A DNA stretch of 64,000 nt from the NCBI GenBank assembly GCA_024644945.1, contig JAHEGU010000008.1, forward strand, positions 4,868 to 68,867, read 5' to 3'. Positions 9,397 through 22,118 of this stretch are shown piece after piece. The notes beneath the pieces were generated by a model. That model was given only the letters and a program-made list of their open reading frames with translations, was not told where the DNA came from and made no database searches. The translations under genes were made by a program, and so were the position numbers. This DNA comes from Gammaproteobacteria bacterium. GTDB taxonomy: Bacteria; Pseudomonadota; Gammaproteobacteria; Arenicellales; Poriferihabitantaceae. Each line of letters opens with the position of its first letter. Position 1 is the first letter of the stretch.

Positions 9397-11226
9397 CTAC
9401 GAGGCTTTCTGTTTTATCCTCAACGCCTGTTTACGCTCGTGCTCCTTGAGCAGTTTTTTACGAATCCTTATGCTTAGCGGCGTAATTTCCACCAACTCGT
9501 CTTCATCAATTAACTCTATCGCGGATTCCAAAGTAATACGGATAGGGGGCTCGAGAACGATGCTGTCATCTTTACCCGAAGCGCGCACATTGGTCAGCTG
9601 CTTGCCCTTAAGGGGATTCACCACCAGATCGTTATTGCGCGAGTGTAAGCCGATGACCTGCCCTTCATACACTTCTGTATTGGGGTGGATAAATAAGCGG
9701 CCACGTTCCTGTAAATTGAATAGCGCGAACGCCAGTGATTTTCCGGTACTAGTGGAAATTAGCGCGCCATTGTGGCGATTGCCGAATTTCCCGGGAGCGA
9801 TGGGAGCGTACTTATCAAATACATGGTAGATCAATCCTGTACCCGAGGTCATAGTCAAAAAGTCAGTCTGGAATCCGATTAATCCCCGCGCAGGTATACT
9901 GTATTCCAGGCGCACCCTGCCACGACCATCAGGCTGCATATTCTGTAGATTCCCGTTGCGAGACCCGAGGGCTTCCATGATCGCTCCCTGATGCACAGCT
10001 TCAATATCGACACTTAGTTCTTCCCAGGGTTCACAGTGCACCCCTTCGATCATGCGATTGATGACATGGGGTCGTGATACTGCGATTTCATAGCCTTCCC
10101 GGCGCATAGTTTCGAGCAGAATAGAGAGGTGCAGTTCGCCGCGACCGGAGACTGCAAATATGTCCGGGTCCGGAGTTTCCTCTATCTTCAGTGCAACATT
10201 ATGAATCAGCTCCCGCTTAAGGCGTTCGCCAATCTGGCGGGAGGTTACAAACTTTCCCTCGCGCCCAGCGAAGGGTGAGGTGTTGACTTGAAAGTTCATG
10301 CTGACAGTGGGTTGGTCCACAGTCAGGGAGGGCAGTGCCTGCGGGTGGTCGGGACTGCACAGGGTATCAGAGATACCGAGGTCTTCGATTCCGGTTAACG
10401 CAATAATATCACCAGCTTGTGCTTCCTCCACTTCGATTCGTTCGAGTCCGTGGAATCCAAAGATCTGCAGGACACGGCCGCTTCTAGATTTACCAAATCG
10501 ATCAATACACACCACTCGTGACTTGGCGGGAAGGCGGCCTCGTGCGACCCGGCCGACTCCAATTGTTCCCACGTAACTCGAGTAATCTAATGAAGATATC
10601 TGCATCTGAAACGGACCGTTCAGATCGACATCCGGTGGTGGCACATGGTCGATAATGGTTTGGAATACCGGCGACATATCATCGCCTGATTTGTCGTGTT
10701 CAAGGCTGGCAAATCCGTGTATGGCGGAACAGTAAACTACGGGAAAATCGAGCTGCTCATCGCTGGCGCCAAGCCTGTCGAATAGATCAAAGGTTTGATC
10801 CAGTACCCACTCGGGACGAGCGCCATCGCGGTCGATTTTATTGATTACCACGATGGGCTTAAGACCATGCGCAAATGCCTTCTGGGTAACAAACCGAGTT
10901 TGCGGCATTGGACCTTCAACAGCATCGACGAGCAGCAGTACGGAATCAACCATGGACAGAACTCGTTCCACCTCGCCACCAAAATCAGCGTGACCGGGTG
11001 TATCGACAATATTTATTCGGTAGTCTTTCCAGCGAATGGCGGTGTTTTTTGAAAGAATCGTGATGCCACGTTCCTTTTCAAGATCATTGCCATCCATCAC
11101 ACGTTCTACCGGCCCGAACCGTTCTCCGAGGGTCCCGGACTGTTGCAGCAGGCGATCTACTAATGTTGTTTTTCCATGGTCCACATGGGCAATGATTGCG
11201 ATATTTCGCAGGCGAGAAAGGTTCAT
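9397..11226 (-). CDS. typA: translational GTPase TypA/BipA
   Basis: 609 aa. G1 motif AHVDHGKTT and G3 motif DTPGHADF. Collinear with BipA. Confidence 0.95.
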   Translation of the reverse strand: MNLSRLRNIAIIAHVDHGKTTLVDRLLQQSGTLGERFGPVERVMDGNDLEKERGITILSKNTAIRWKDYRINIVDTPGHADFGGEVERVLSMVDSVLLLVDAVEGPMPQTRFVTQKAFAHGLKPIVVINKIDRDGARPEWVLDQTFDLFDRLGASDEQLDFPVVYCSAIHGFASLEHDKSGDDMSPVFQTIIDHVPPPDVDLNGPFQMQISSLDYSSYVGTIGVGRVARGRLPAKSRVVCIDRFGKSRSGRVLQIFGFHGLERIEVEEAQAGDIIALTGIEDLGISDTLCSPDHPQALPSLTVDQPTVSMNFQVNTSPFAGREGKFVTSRQIGERLKRELIHNVALKIEETPDPDIFAVSGRGELHLSILLETMRREGYEIAVSRPHVINRMIEGVHCEPWEELSVDIEAVHQGAIMEALGSRNGNLQNMQPDGRGRVRLEYSIPARGLIGFQTDFLTMTSGTGLIYHVFDKYAPIAPGKFGNRHNGALISTSTGKSLAFALFNLQERGRLFIHPNTEVYEGQVIGLHSRNNDLVVNPLKGKQLTNVRASGKDDSIVLEPPIRITLESAIELIDEDELVEITPLSIRIRKKLLKEHERKQALRIKQKAS

Positions 11227-11250
11227 ATTAGAAAACTGAAGAGAGCTGGA

Positions 11251-12252
<1,002 letters not shown>

Positions 12253-12434
12253 TTAGGTCGCTTTTAGCACATAAAATGCAGTTCATGGATTAACCGAGGG
12301 GGTCATCCGGAAACCAATTTATGATATGATTAGTCGTATAAGGATTCCTTTATATTCTCTGGTTTTACATAGAGACATCTACCATTCAGACGCCTGCCTA
12401 TGCGGGCATCGCTTTGTCGAGAGGCTTATACACA

Positions 12435-13601
12435 ATGTCCAAATCGTATCTCTTCACCTCGGAGTCAGTATCAGAGGGTCACCCAGATAAGGTTGCAGAT
12501 CAGATTTCTGATTCCGTGCTAGATGCGATGCTATCTCAGGATTCTGGATCCAGAGTGGCATGCGAAACTTTAGTTAATACCGGCATGGTCGTCATTTCCG
12601 GTGAAATCACCAGCAATGCGGTGGTCGACCTGCCTGAGGTCGTAAGAGCGACTGTGCAGGAGATTGGTTACAACTCATCTGATATGGGTTTTGACTCTCA
12701 AAGCTGTGCAGTACTCGTATCCTTGGACAAGCAATCCCAAGACATTGCTCAAGGTGTAAACGAAGGACAGGGTATCGACCTTGATCAGGGCGCGGGTGAC
12801 CAGGGTTTGATGTTCGGATACGCGTGTAATGAAACCGATGTGCTGATGCCGTTTCCGATTACCTATTCTCACCTTTTGGTCAAGAAACAGTCGGAGGTTC
12901 GCAAGACCGGAAAGTTGACCTGGCTGCGACCCGACGCGAAGTCCCAGGTCACTGTGCGCTATGAAGGTGGAAAGCCGGTCTTTGTAGATACCGTCGTATT
13001 ATCTACCCAGCATGATGAAGGAGTATCTCATGAGGACCTCAGTGAGGCAGTGATTGAGGAAGTCATTAAGCCGGTACTCCCAGCGGGTATGATTTCGGCC
13101 GAAACCAAGTTTCTGGTAAATCCAACAGGTCGTTTTGTAATTGGCGGACCGGTCGGCGACTGCGGGCTGACTGGGCGCAAGATCATTGTTGATACCTATG
13201 GCGGTTCCGCACACCATGGCGGTGGGGCGTTTTCTGGTAAGGATCCTTCGAAAGTGGACCGCTCCGCGGCATATGCGACCCGGTATGTGGCTAAGAATAT
13301 CGTCGCTGCAGGACTCGCCGACAGGTGTGAAGTCCAGGTCGCTTACGCAATTGGGGTAGCTAAACCAGTTTCAGTCATGGTGGATTCTTTCGGAACCGGG
13401 AAAATCTCTGACGATAAGATTGGTGAACTAGTGGAAAGCCACTTTGACTTGAGGCCGAAGGCAATCGTTCAGACCTTGGATCTGCTTCGACCGATTTATA
13501 AGGAAACAGCAGCCTATGGCCACTTTGGTCGAACCGGCGTCAACTTCACCTGGGAAAAGACCGATAAAGCCGATGAGCTCAGAGCAGACGCGGGTTTATG
13601 A
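12435..13601 (+). CDS. metK: S-adenosylmethionine synthetase
   Basis: [27 protein letters not shown]-terminus, with [12 protein letters not shown] and [16 protein letters not shown] motifs. The start is placed at the ATG at 12435. Confidence 0.95.
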   Translation: MSKSYLFTSESVSEGHPDKVADQISDSVLDAMLSQDSGSRVACETLVNTGMVVISGEITSNAVVDLPEVVRATVQEIGYNSSDMGFDSQSCAVLVSLDKQSQDIAQGVNEGQGIDLDQGAGDQGLMFGYACNETDVLMPFPITYSHLLVKKQSEVRKTGKLTWLRPDAKSQVTVRYEGGKPVFVDTVVLSTQHDEGVSHEDLSEAVIEEVIKPVLPAGMISAETKFLVNPTGRFVIGGPVGDCGLTGRKIIVDTYGGSAHHGGGAFSGKDPSKVDRSAAYATRYVAKNIVAAGLADRCEVQVAYAIGVAKPVSVMVDSFGTGKISDDKIGELVESHFDLRPKAIVQTLDLLRPIYKETAAYGHFGRTGVNFTWEKTDKADELRADAGL

Positions 13602-13668
13602 GTCTGTCAACTACGAAAATTTTCGCTTCAATTTAAACAATCAAACAACTTTAATTCAGGAATTAATC

Positions 13669-15087
<1,419 letters not shown>

Positions 15088-15104
15088 AAGTTAGGCTTTT
15101 AAAG

Positions 15105-15134
15105 GAAAAAACCGGGCATAGCCCGGTTTTTTTT
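15105..15134. terminator. bidirectional rho-independent terminator between convergent ahcY and the ROK kinase
   Basis: AAAAAA-CCGGGC-ATA-GCCCGG-TTTTTTTT: a 6-bp GC stem with a 3-nt loop, flanked by an A-run and a T-run. Confidence 0.7.
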
Positions 15135-15147
15135 GGTAATAAGAGCA

Positions 15148-16062
15148 TCATATGGTGAGAAAAGCGGCCCCGAAAACACCAGCGCTGTCACCTAGCTGGG
15201 GTCTGACTATGCGGGTTTTCATAGTGGGACTGAAGATGGACTTCGAGGTTTCGTCAACACCCCTCGTATACAACAGGTCGATATTGCCAACACCTCCACC
15301 AATCACGATAACATCCGGATCCACCATGTTGATTATGCTGGACATCCCGATTCCGAAATAATGTATTAGTCGGTTGACGGTCGCAATTGCATGGAGATTT
15401 TCTCGCTTGGCTTCAGTTACGATTTGACTGAGCGGCATAGAGGATCCCGATTGTTGCCAGTAATAATCTTCTAGAGCCGGACCTGAGATGATTGTTTCCG
15501 CGCAGCCGCTTTTACCGCAGTAACAAGGGCCGCCTGAAGCATCCATAAAGTTGTGACCCCACTCGCCAGCGATCAGATTGCACCCACGTAGTAACCGGCC
15601 CTCTACCACTAGACCGCCACCAACTCCGGTCCCAAGTATGACGCCGAATACGACATCTTTCGGCTTGGCCATGGATTTGACAGCACCGATTCGTGTTTCC
15701 GCCAGCGTGAAACAGTTCGCATCGTTTTGTACCACAACCGGCAAATTGAGCAGAGCCTCCAGATCCTGTTTGATTGGCTGCCCTGTCAAGTGCTTCGAAT
15801 TACTGCCGCGCAGTAAACCTGTCTCAGGGTCGATAGATCCGGGCGTGCCGAAACCGATTTCATCTGGAACCAGGCCTGTGTCCCACTGCATCTTATTGAC
15901 CAGATTCTGGATTCTTTGCAGAACGTGTTCGTACCCCTGATCGCCCTCAGTATCAATCCGTTGTCGTTCAATCACGACTGGGTTTAATGCTGATTCAAGG
16001 ATCACGCATTCGATTTTACTGCCCCCTAGATCTACCCCCCAAAGCGGTCTGTCATTAAACAA
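15148..16062 (-). CDS. ROK-family sugar kinase (N-acetylglucosamine kinase / fructokinase-like)
   Basis: 304 aa. N-terminal GVDLGGSKI ATP motif and the ROK zinc signature GEWGH...CYCGKSGCAE. Confidence 0.75.
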   Translation of the reverse strand: MFNDRPLWGVDLGGSKIECVILESALNPVVIERQRIDTEGDQGYEHVLQRIQNLVNKMQWDTGLVPDEIGFGTPGSIDPETGLLRGSNSKHLTGQPIKQDLEALLNLPVVVQNDANCFTLAETRIGAVKSMAKPKDVVFGVILGTGVGGGLVVEGRLLRGCNLIAGEWGHNFMDASGGPCYCGKSGCAETIISGPALEDYYWQQSGSSMPLSQIVTEAKRENLHAIATVNRLIHYFGIGMSSIINMVDPDVIVIGGGVGNIDLLYTRGVDETSKSIFSPTMKTRIVRPQLGDSAGVFGAAFLTI

Positions 16063-16103
16063 CGGTTTTATCCTGTATGGTTTTTTAGTCCCGAAATCCT
16101 AGG

Positions 16104-16123
16104 TAATGCAATGCATTGCATTA
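16104..16123. promoter_or_regulatory. 20-bp perfect palindrome TAATGCAATGCATTGCATTA (candidate operator or hairpin)
   Basis: Perfect dyad read directly from the sequence. It overlaps the cfa stop codon and lies 42 nt upstream of the ROK kinase start. Confidence 0.3.
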
Positions 16124-17275
16124 GAAATCCGGTCTGCGATAGGGGTACTTGCTAGTGCCTTTTGAGATAACGAATTGCCACAGCTGCAGATCCCGAGCGC
16201 GGAAGGCGCCGGCACAAACCATCAGGTAGTACGTCCACATACGGTAGAAAGTATCCGGATACTTGTCCTGCAGCGTATCCCATCCGTCGCAGAAATTCTG
16301 ATGCCATGCCATCAAAGTGCGATCATAGTCCGGCCCGAAATTATGCAGGTCCTCAATGATCAGATTAGGCTCCAGTGCCTCGCTGATTTGCTTCAAAGAT
16401 GGGATTTCTCCATTTGGAAAAATGTATTTGGAAATCCAGGGATCAACGCCCGGAATGGACTCATTTTTACCGATTGTATGCAGCAATGCCAGCGCATCCG
16501 GTTTCAGACATCGATCTAGCACGTCCATGAATGTGCGGTAGTTTTTATGCCCAACATGCTCAAACATTCCTAGGGAAACAACGGCGTCAAACTGCCCGTC
16601 TATATCGCGATAATCTTGAAGGCGAAACTCAACCGGTAGATCCTTACAACGTGCTCGCGCCAGTTCAATCTGTTCTTTTGAGACCGTGACGCCGACCACG
16701 CTAACGCCATGTTCAATCGCCGCATATTCGGCGAAACTGCCCCAGCCGCAGCCGATATCAAGTACACGCATACCCTGCTGTAGACCCACTTTCCTGCACA
16801 CAAGTTCAAGTTTTGCCTCCTGAGCCTGATCCAGAGTTCCTGCATGGCGCCAGTAACCACAGGTATAAACCATGCGGCTGTCGAGCATAGACTCGTAAAT
16901 ATCATTCCCTAAATCATAATGGGCCTCTCCAACATGAAATGCCCGGGATTTTTTCTGTAGATTGAAAAATGATGCAGCTATTATTGAAAGCTGGCGTGAA
17001 ATAAAATGCTTTTTATGCGTTATCGGGGATTTCAGTAGCCTGTGAATCAATTCATCCAGTTTATCCACTTCCCATTGGCCTTGCACATATGATTCGCCCA
17101 ATGCCAGAGAACCTCCTGTTAGCAGTTTGCGCAGCATCGACTCGTCCTTAACCTGAATATCCCAACTGTTGGAACCATTCAGAACGATCCCTGCTTGATC
17201 AAGCATTGATTGCACTGTGCGGCCGACAAAGTTCAGCGATCCATGGGTAACAGGTTTATTGGATGACTTCGCCAT
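16121..17275 (-). CDS. cfa: cyclopropane-fatty-acyl-phospholipid synthase
   Basis: 384 aa. SAM-binding VLDIGCGWG motif. Collinear with E. coli Cfa (382 aa). Confidence 0.85.
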   Translation of the reverse strand: MAKSSNKPVTHGSLNFVGRTVQSMLDQAGIVLNGSNSWDIQVKDESMLRKLLTGGSLALGESYVQGQWEVDKLDELIHRLLKSPITHKKHFISRQLSIIAASFFNLQKKSRAFHVGEAHYDLGNDIYESMLDSRMVYTCGYWRHAGTLDQAQEAKLELVCRKVGLQQGMRVLDIGCGWGSFAEYAAIEHGVSVVGVTVSKEQIELARARCKDLPVEFRLQDYRDIDGQFDAVVSLGMFEHVGHKNYRTFMDVLDRCLKPDALALLHTIGKNESIPGVDPWISKYIFPNGEIPSLKQISEALEPNLIIEDLHNFGPDYDRTLMAWHQNFCDGWDTLQDKYPDTFYRMWTYYLMVCAGAFRARDLQLWQFVISKGTSKYPYRRPDF

Positions 17276-17403
17276 AGAGATTCAAGAAAATGCATTGACA
17301 CCAGGATATTGCCAAAACATTTTTCAATGTTCAATCCGCTGAGTCTGAACCGTCAGCGTTTTCGCGGAATTTTACTGCTTCAGCCTCCGCATAGGTGCTG
17401 GTT

Positions 17404-17685
17404 TTAGTCGGTTCGCGATTGAATTTCCAGAAGATGGAAGCCAAATTGCGTTTTAACCGGCCCGTGGACTACCCCCACTTCGTGATTGAATACCACTGTA
17501 TCGAATTCGGGCACCATCTGCCCTGGGCTGAACGAACCCAGGTCCCCTCCATTTCGTCCCGATGGGCAGCTGGAGTGGGCGGCAGCAACCTCAGCAAAAT
17601 CAGCACCTTGTTCGATCTGTTGCTTTAGTTCATTACATTGTTGCTCGGTTTCGACAAGGATGTGCCGGGCTGTCGCTTGTGCCAT
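17404..17685 (-). CDS. ppiC: parvulin-type peptidyl-prolyl cis-trans isomerase C
   Basis: 93 aa from the internal Met (MAQATARHILV...), the same length as E. coli PpiC. Contains the parvulin core HILV...FGFHLLE. Confidence 0.8.
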   Translation of the reverse strand: MAQATARHILVETEQQCNELKQQIEQGADFAEVAAAHSSCPSGRNGGDLGSFSPGQMVPEFDTVVFNHEVGVVHGPVKTQFGFHLLEIQSRTD

Positions 17686-17743
17686 ATACTTGTGCCTCAA
17701 TCAGGTTCTTGGGTAAGGCCAGCGATGCTACCAGATAGAGTCG

Positions 17744-20476
17744 TCAATGCGCCAGCTTCCAGTTTTCGCCGATGCCGGTATCAACTATCAAAGGAACTTT
17801 TAGCGCCGCAACACCGCACATTATTTCCGCAGTCCGGGTGGCCATAGTATCCGATTCGCTCTGCTCGACCTCTAACACCAGTTCGTCATGCACTTGGAGA
17901 ATAATCTTAGCATCGGAGTCATTATCCGACAGCCAGTGATCCAGTGTGATCATCGCTTTCTTGATCAGATCTGCGGCAGTGCCCTGCATCGGTGCATTGA
18001 TTGCAGTGCGCTCGGCGTATTGTCGCCGCGCCGCATTCTTGGAATGAATTTCAGGCAGGTTAAGGCGACGCCCGAATAAGGTTTCAACGTAACCTTGTTC
18101 CCTCGCAAGTTCTCGGGTTTCGTCCATATAGCGTTTCACACCGGGATATCGGTCAAAATAAATGTCAATATAGTCCCGGGCCTCCCGTTGGGGAATCTGC
18201 AATTGTTTAGCAAGGCCAAAAGCAGACATACCATAAATTAGACCGAAATTTATCGCTTTTGCCCGTCGCCTCTGCTCGGCATCGACGTCATTCGCACTGC
18301 CTCCAAATACCTCCGCCGCGGTAGCGCTGTGAACATCAAGTCCCTGGGCAAAGGCATTGATCAGTCCATCGTCCTCGGATAGGTGGGCCATAATGCGAAG
18401 TTCTATTTGCGAATAGTCCGCAGCGAGAAGGACTTTGCCGGGATCCGCAATAAAAGCTTCACGAATACGCCGTCCTTCCTCGGTTCGGATCGGGATGTTC
18501 TGCAGATTAGGGTCGCTGGATGAGAGGCGTCCAGTTGCGGCTACCGCCTGATGATAGGAGGTATGAATTCTGCCACTTGAAGGGTTGATCAGCTGCGGTA
18601 ATTTATCGGTGTAAGTGCTTTTCAGTTTAGCCAGGCCACGGTGTTCTACAATCAGGCGCGGAAGCTCATGCTCCAAAGCCAGCTCCTGTAGCACGTTCTC
18701 CGCGGTGGAAGGCTGACCTTTAGGCGTCTTGCTGATCACCGGGAGGCCCTGTTTTTCGAACAGTATCTCCTGAATCTGTTTAGGAGAGGCGATATTAAAC
18801 TCCTCGCCGGCCACCATGTGTGCCTCGCGCTCAATTTCTCCGAGACGTGCCGAAATTTCTGCGCTTTGCTCAAGCAGCATATTCGCATCCACCTTGACGC
18901 CGTTCGACTCGATCCGGGCTAACACTCCGATCAGCGGTATCTCCAGCTCGTTGTAAAGCTGGAATAAGCGCGCATGCTGTTTAAGTTGAGGCAACAACAC
19001 GTGGTGCAATCTTAGCGTAATGTCAGCGTCTTCCGCTGCGTAATCAGAGGCTATTTCAAGAGGGATATGATCAAAAGTGAGCTGGTTTTTGCCGCTACCC
19101 GCGACATCTGAAAATTTGATCGTAGAATGACCAAGGTGTTTCATTGCCAGCGTATCCATATCGTGACGTGTGTTACCCGCGTCCAGTAAGTAGGACATCA
19201 GCATAGTGTCATGTTCGACACCCTTTAAATGAATGCCGTGATGCTGCAGGACTTCAATATCGAATTTTAGATTTTGCCCGGTCTTACTCCGATTGGGGTC
19301 TTCCAGTAAAGGTTTCAGCTTTTTTAACACTGCGTCCAGGCCTAGTTGCTTGGGTACGCCTGCATAGTCGTGTGTCAATGGCAGGTAGGCGGCTTCTCCC
19401 TGTTTGTCGCTAAACGAGATGCCAACCAGAGCGGCCTGATGTGCATCCAGGGATGTTGTTTCAGTGTCTACCGCAAACACCTCGGATTTTTTAAGTCGTT
19501 TGATCCATTTATCCAATGCTTTAGCATCGAGTATGGTGTCATAGGTGATATTTTTCGTATCACCCTTATTTTCAGCTACTTTATCGCCGGGGTCCGCAGA
19601 TGCGCCAGGATCTAGCTTGTCCAGTTCACTAAGCCAATTACGAAATTCAAGTTCCTGATAGAGTTCTCTGAGCTTGGCAATATCAGGTTGACCCATCTCA
19701 AGGTCGTCGAATCCGAGCCCGGTATCAATGTCACATTTCACCGTGGCCAGTTGCCTGGACATCTCGAGCTGATCAAGATGTGCGCGCAAGGACTCGCCAA
19801 TTTTGCCGCTTACCTGTTCTGCATTTTCTACAACTTTTTGCAGAGACCCAAACTCAGTCAGCCATTTGACTGCTGTTTTCGGCCCAACCTTGGGAACACC
19901 GGGGATATTGTCCGAACTATCTCCCATCAGCGTGAGATACTCGACGATCTTGTCTGGCGGGATGCCAAATTTATTGATGACGCCTTGTATGTCTAACTTG
20001 GTTTTGCTCATGGTGTCGACCATGACCACTTTGTCATTGACTAATTGGGCGAGATCCTTGTCGCTGCTGACAATCATGACGTGGTAGCCGTCTTTAACTG
20101 CTTGTACCGAAAGGGTTCCAATCACATCATCCGCTTCAACTCCTGAGATAGATACCAGTGGAAGCCCAAGTGCCGGAATAATTCTAAGCAGGTATTCAAG
20201 CTGAACACGCAGATCGTCAGGCATTGGCGGTCGATTGGCTTTGTATTCTGGATACATCTCATGCCGAAATGTCTTACCTTTAGCGTCCATCACCATCGCA
20301 ATATGTATGGGCTGACATTCCTTGATCAGGCTCTTGAGCATGTTGACAACTCCAAATACGGCATGGGTAGGCTGTCCGTCCCGGGTCGATAATCCGCCCT
20401 GTCTGCCAAGTGCATGGTAGGCGCGAAACAGAAACGATGAACCGTCGATGAGGATTATTTCTTTGTCAGGGGACAT
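17744..20476 (-). CDS. polA: DNA polymerase I
   Basis: 5'-nuclease N-terminus (ILIDGSSFLFRAYHA), 3'-5' exonuclease (FAVDTETTSLD) and polymerase motifs (DYSQIELR, QVHDELV). The start is placed at MSPDKEI. Confidence 0.95.
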   Translation of the reverse strand: MSPDKEIILIDGSSFLFRAYHALGRQGGLSTRDGQPTHAVFGVVNMLKSLIKECQPIHIAMVMDAKGKTFRHEMYPEYKANRPPMPDDLRVQLEYLLRIIPALGLPLVSISGVEADDVIGTLSVQAVKDGYHVMIVSSDKDLAQLVNDKVVMVDTMSKTKLDIQGVINKFGIPPDKIVEYLTLMGDSSDNIPGVPKVGPKTAVKWLTEFGSLQKVVENAEQVSGKIGESLRAHLDQLEMSRQLATVKCDIDTGLGFDDLEMGQPDIAKLRELYQELEFRNWLSELDKLDPGASADPGDKVAENKGDTKNITYDTILDAKALDKWIKRLKKSEVFAVDTETTSLDAHQAALVGISFSDKQGEAAYLPLTHDYAGVPKQLGLDAVLKKLKPLLEDPNRSKTGQNLKFDIEVLQHHGIHLKGVEHDTMLMSYLLDAGNTRHDMDTLAMKHLGHSTIKFSDVAGSGKNQLTFDHIPLEIASDYAAEDADITLRLHHVLLPQLKQHARLFQLYNELEIPLIGVLARIESNGVKVDANMLLEQSAEISARLGEIEREAHMVAGEEFNIASPKQIQEILFEKQGLPVISKTPKGQPSTAENVLQELALEHELPRLIVEHRGLAKLKSTYTDKLPQLINPSSGRIHTSYHQAVAATGRLSSSDPNLQNIPIRTEEGRRIREAFIADPGKVLLAADYSQIELRIMAHLSEDDGLINAFAQGLDVHSATAAEVFGGSANDVDAEQRRRAKAINFGLIYGMSAFGLAKQLQIPQREARDYIDIYFDRYPGVKRYMDETRELAREQGYVETLFGRRLNLPEIHSKNAARRQYAERTAINAPMQGTAADLIKKAMITLDHWLSDNDSDAKIILQVHDELVLEVEQSESDTMATRTAEIMCGVAALKVPLIVDTGIGENWKLAH

Positions 20477-20545
20477 TGCTGAGGGTATGATCTGATGCGC
20501 AAACAAAGCCTATTGTAACCCGCACTCGAGTTTTATCATCAGACT

Positions 20546-21277
20546 ATGACTTTATCCGGAGAAGATCTGCGCAACATGGTAATGCATGGTGCGGCAGTTA
20601 AAGACCTTCAGCACGAATCGTGGAAAATCTTCCAGGTTATGGCGGAATTTGTCGAGGGTTTCGATAAGATGTCGAATGTACATCCCGCGGTCAGTTTTTT
20701 TGGCTCAGCTAGAATCCGTCGCAGCAACCCGCATTACCGGCTGGCGAGGAAAACGGCAAAGCTATTCTCTGAGGCCGGCTTTTCAATTATAAGCGGTGGT
20801 GGTCCGGGAATAATGGAGGCGGTGAATCGCGGTGCACAGGAGGGTGGATCCCCTAGTGTGGGATTGAATATCAAACTTCCAGGTCGCGACGAAGAAGCCA
20901 ATGACTATCTTGACGTCAGCATAGATTTTCATAATTTTTTTGTGCGCAAGCTCATGTTTGTTCAGTACGCGTCTGCCTATGTAGTGATGCCAGGTGGTCT
21001 TGGCACACTAGATGAGGTAATTGAGTGTCTAACCTTGATGCAGACTGATAAAGCGCACCGAATTCCAGTTATACTTGCAGGCAGGGGGTTCTGGGCTGGT
21101 CTGGTTGACTGGCTGCAGGATACGTTACTCGAGCACGGTACAATCAGTGAGTCAGATCTTCACTTGTTCCAGGTGCTGGATCGTCCCGAAGAGATTCGGG
21201 ACGCGGTATTTGACTTTTACGAAACCAGCGGCTTTGGCCGTTTGGCGGAAAGGTACAAGATACCGATACAACTTTAA
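20546..21277 (+). CDS. LOG / TIGR00730-family nucleotide phosphoribohydrolase-like protein
   Basis: 243 aa. GGGPGIMEA and PGGLGTLDE motifs characteristic of the LOG (lysine-decarboxylase-like) family. Confidence 0.75.
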   Translation: MTLSGEDLRNMVMHGAAVKDLQHESWKIFQVMAEFVEGFDKMSNVHPAVSFFGSARIRRSNPHYRLARKTAKLFSEAGFSIISGGGPGIMEAVNRGAQEGGSPSVGLNIKLPGRDEEANDYLDVSIDFHNFFVRKLMFVQYASAYVVMPGGLGTLDEVIECLTLMQTDKAHRIPVILAGRGFWAGLVDWLQDTLLEHGTISESDLHLFQVLDRPEEIRDAVFDFYETSGFGRLAERYKIPIQL

Positions 21278-21290
21278 TGGGGATACAAAA

Positions 21291-21704
21291 ATGACAACAT
21301 ACCAACTACAAGCTAGGGGCACTATCCTAAGATTGTTAGGGTCAACACTATTACTTACCGTGATTGCAGTTTATTTGCTATTGATTCCGGGTTTTCTGCA
21401 GGCGCAACAATCCGAAGGTTTGAAATTGCCCGAGGATATTGCGGAAAAGTCGGGTAAAGGTGTAACTGACGGAGAATTCGACTCGGGGGTCACAAGCGAA
21501 CAACAGGAAGCGATCGCCGATGACAGAAAATACTTTATTGAAGAGCGAAGGGTTGGAGGTCGTCTGGAAAGAGTGACCGTATACAGAAAAAACGGTTTGA
21601 ATGAAGTTTATGAGAATCCCAATGTCGATTCGATGTGGGTCACTGAGGACAAAGAATTGGGAGAGGTTCAAAATGTCAGACGCTGGACAATTGGGTCGTG
21701 GTGA
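21291..21704 (+). CDS. membrane-anchored hypothetical protein (possibly DUF2782-like)
   Basis: 137 aa from the ATG at 21291, with one N-terminal TM/signal segment. The longer track ORF from 21075 overlaps the LOG gene in another frame and is rejected. The family guess is from memory of a polA-adjacent small protein in Pseudomonas. Confidence 0.45.
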   Translation: MTTYQLQARGTILRLLGSTLLLTVIAVYLLLIPGFLQAQQSEGLKLPEDIAEKSGKGVTDGEFDSGVTSEQQEAIADDRKYFIEERRVGGRLERVTVYRKNGLNEVYENPNVDSMWVTEDKELGEVQNVRRWTIGSW

Positions 21705-22102
21705 CGAAAAAGGCGAAGTATATTCTGACGATATTATTACTGGCAATTACGACGCCAGCTGCGGCTGACCATCACGGTTCGGTGCGCATTTACAAGTTAA
21801 ATTCCAAAGACCAGCCTGTGAAAGCCCGTTGGGTAAAAAACGCCGATGAAGAGGGTTGTCACGATCTGCGCGGAACCAAGAGTGCGTATCGATTTGCGCA
21901 GGTCGGATTCGCCTGGTGCGTAGTTTACAGTGGGGACAAATGCGAGAAAGGCACTGAACTGAGCGCTATATGGAGAGGTGAAAAGTATCGGGTCGCAGAT
22001 ATCGATATTACCCAGCCACAGACGCGCCTGTTACGCGGTTCAGATTGGTATCTTGACGGATCCCGCAATGTAGAAGTCGGATCCTGGGCGTGCGAATATT
22101 AA
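21698..22102 (+). CDS. small secreted Cys-containing hypothetical protein
   Basis: 134 aa with a GTG start overlapping the previous stop by 7 nt. Signal peptide ILTILLLAITTPAAA and four Cys residues. Confidence 0.5.
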   Translation: MVTKKAKYILTILLLAITTPAAADHHGSVRIYKLNSKDQPVKARWVKNADEEGCHDLRGTKSAYRFAQVGFAWCVVYSGDKCEKGTELSAIWRGEKYRVADIDITQPQTRLLRGSDWYLDGSRNVEVGSWACEY

Positions 22103-22118
22103 TCGCTGAATTTTTCAC

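Noticed and set aside
13516-13668. N-terminal 51-codon extension of the ahcY ORF, overlapping the metK 3' end.
   Set aside because: The conserved adenosylhomocysteinase N-terminus begins shortly after the ATG at 13669. The extension overlaps metK in another frame and has no homology-like features.
21075-21290. Long version of the 209-aa ORF overlapping the 3' end of the LOG-family gene.
   Set aside because: It overlaps a well-supported gene out of frame. The internal ATG at 21291 immediately precedes the hydrophobic N-terminus and follows the LOG stop.
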